DNA of 59,485 bases, the filler included. It is 9 parts of 9 records of this genome, joined end to end, with 100 filler letters (N's around TTAATTAATTAA, not from the genome) between each part and the next. Parts side by side here need not be neighbours in the genome. Positions count along the whole stretch, not along the records: positions 53,045 to 59,485 come from SRR31156797_44367; 8 more parts are not named here. One strand, written 5' to 3'. Shown here piece by piece: positions 57,794-59,485 of the stretch; within the stretch, counting starts at the first letter, position 1, and each line of letters begins with the position of its first letter. The position numbers and the translations under genes were made by a program. Below the pieces are notes generated by a model, which did not search any database, was not told the DNA's origin, and worked only from the letters and a program-made list of their open reading frames with translations.

Positions 57794-59020
57794 TTATCTG
57801 TTATAGCTGGAAATAATACAAGCGCCTGAATATCCGCCAAAACCGGTTGAGATCACTAATGCATTATCGATGGCTTTTTTTCTGGCAATATTTGGAATGC
57901 AATCCACTGGGCAGTCCTGGTTCTCCTCCTGATTGGCAGAGGGCGGAAGTATATGATGTTGGAGCGCACCCAAAGCAGTTGCCAGCTGAATCCCACCTGA
58001 AGCTGAAATTGTGTCTCCGATCATTGTGCTAGGTGCACTTATTGGAACTGATAGCAGGCGATCACCCCAAAGTGCTTTTAAGGCGTTGAGTTCTTGTAAA
58101 TCAACGGCCTTCGATGAATTCGCACTGGAGCAAATATAATCAACTTGTTCCACATCCATACCTGAAGCGGTTAGACAAGACTGGATTGTATTTTGCAGCC
58201 CCTTGTCTATGTCGTTCGAGACACACAGGGCTGAAGGTGAGTACCGGGTATTTATCCCATCAAGTTTGGCATAAATTCGTGCGCCTCTGTTAAGGGCTGA
58301 GGTCATGGATTCCACTATAAAGACGCAGGAGGCCTCTCCAGGCACGAAACCATCGCTGTCTTGATTAAACAGATTTATTGTTTCCCCGTGTTGGGTGTTG
58401 CTCAAAAGCCCTAAATAATGCAACCCTTTATACAATGGGTAACTCAATACTTCGACACTAGCGCAAACAACTATATCCACAATGCCAGCCTGAATTGCGT
58501 TAAAAGCATATTCGATTGCACTCAATGCGCTTGTTCTGGAACTGCTGACGGTGGTGTTGAAACCTTGAATATTGTTCTGTATGGATACCTGGGATGAGGG
58601 TTCGCTTAATACGGTGGATGTGAAATAAAAAGGTTCGGCAAAAGCCATGCCTTCTATGCTCACCTCTTTATCAAATTCATACATTGAGAATAAGTGGGAA
58701 AAACAAGTGCCTGTTACCATGCCTACCCTATGGCAATTGTCATCAGTGATACTAAGTTCGGCATTCTGGATTGCCAGTTCTGAGGCACCGATCAGCATCC
58801 GGGCGCTTCTAGTCAGCTTGGCGGTTTTAGCATCCTTGAGAGATAACGCCAGAGCTTCATTCGACACTTCGCCAGCCAAACTATCTGGAAAGGATTCTGC
58901 ATTCAGGTTTTTGATTGGGGCAATACTGATTTTTCCCTTGACAGATGCTTCCCAAAAATTATTGAATCCAATTCCATTGGGCGCAATAATCCCCAGACCA
59001 GTTACGACGATACTATTCAT
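57794..59020 (-). CDS. Non-catalytic ketosynthase homologue (chain-length-factor-like KS-beta)
   Basis: Full-length FabF fold (VVTGLGIIAPNGIG, GFVPGE, GFGG) but with all catalytic positions replaced: SSSRTS (vs NACSA), CSSANSS (vs AHGTGT), STMIGD (vs KSMMGH). Confidence 0.85.
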   Translation of the reverse strand: MNSIVVTGLGIIAPNGIGFNNFWEASVKGKISIAPIKNLNAESFPDSLAGEVSNEALALSLKDAKTAKLTRSARMLIGASELAIQNAELSITDDNCHRVGMVTGTCFSHLFSMYEFDKEVSIEGMAFAEPFYFTSTVLSEPSSQVSIQNNIQGFNTTVSSSRTSALSAIEYAFNAIQAGIVDIVVCASVEVLSYPLYKGLHYLGLLSNTQHGETINLFNQDSDGFVPGEASCVFIVESMTSALNRGARIYAKLDGINTRYSPSALCVSNDIDKGLQNTIQSCLTASGMDVEQVDYICSSANSSKAVDLQELNALKALWGDRLLSVPISAPSTMIGDTISASGGIQLATALGALQHHILPPSANQEENQDCPVDCIPNIARKKAIDNALVISTGFGGYSGACIISSYNR

Positions 59021-59485
59021 TTTTTACCGCCTTATTAAAATGTAGCAATACTAACTTAGCAATGCCATTTGGGTTGAAATAAGCCTGAATAGAAAGTATC
59101 ATAAATTGATTTTTAGTACTTCCTTAACCCCTTACATAAGAACACAATCTCGTTAATGTACGAAATTATCCGGCCTTGAAAACCGTGACGTTCGAATATA
59201 AACATACACCTATAATGTAAGGTATTTTAGGCTTTAAATTTCCTTTTCAAAAAACTTTCACATTATATTAAACATAATTTAAGCAAATAATGTGCCTCAC
59301 AAAACAAATACTGGTTTTTCAATACATTATCCATTTCATTGCCTAAATACAGGCGCTATAGTTACGAAACATTCATTAATAGTTACCAATTTTGCACACC
59401 GCTTTTAAATAAGTCTCATTTCGCGTTTTGGGGTCTTACTTGATAATCACCTCAATCCTAAAAAACATCTGGCCTGCATTAAAAG

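Noticed and set aside
1-59485. CRISPR arrays, tRNA/rRNA genes, integrases or transposases
   Set aside because: None recognised by eye; a tRNAscan/Infernal run would be needed to exclude small RNAs formally.

Overview
This window is not one genomic locus. It is nine unrelated contigs joined by eight identical 100-bp linkers (N44-TTAATTAATTAA-N44), as in a concatenated metagenome assembly, so gene neighbourhoods are meaningful only within a contig. Taxon labels are inferred from gene content and composition. (1) 1-6613, GC-rich, Planctomycetota-like: a lipoprotein secretin missed by the ORF track, rimO, pgsA, a GH16-GH29-F5/8 fusion and an HD protein. (2) 6714-12782, spirochaete-like: sppA, nfeD, SPFH, then a membrane-anchored LuxR-HTH regulator co-transcribed with a 187-aa unknown protein ending in ...YWNS, two palindromic operator-like boxes and a divergent DUF6765-like gene. 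(3) 12883-20019, Alphaproteobacteria: ppiD, trpE, a Cle-like pseudo-receiver with motAB, GNAT and galM. (4) 20120-29259, Desulfovibrionaceae-like: thrS-infC(AUA start)-rpmI-rplT-pheS-pheT, a PhzF-family gene and a sulfatase. (5) 29360-34595, Desulfobacterota-like: coaBC, twin lipoproteins, MBL hydrolase, nitroreductase and ktrA. (6) 34696-39791, Bacteroidota: hydrolases, a methyltransferase, sqr followed by an unannotated 54-aa ORF, and a secreted Ig-repeat protein. (7) 39892-45375, spirochaete-like: an Ig-repeat lipoprotein and a transglutaminase-like/TPR protein. (8) 45476-52944, Vibrio: yadHG, can, hpt, hapR, lpdA, aceF. (9) 53045-59485, AT-rich: a type II PKS/FAS-like cluster with a catalytically dead KS, an Fe-S flavoprotein and an acyl-ACP-reductase-like gene. 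No rRNA, tRNA, CRISPR array or intact mobile element was recognised. The best candidates for new biology are the putative peptide-signalling module in contig 2, the PKS cluster in contig 9 and the putatively c-di-GMP-controlled stator cassette in contig 3.
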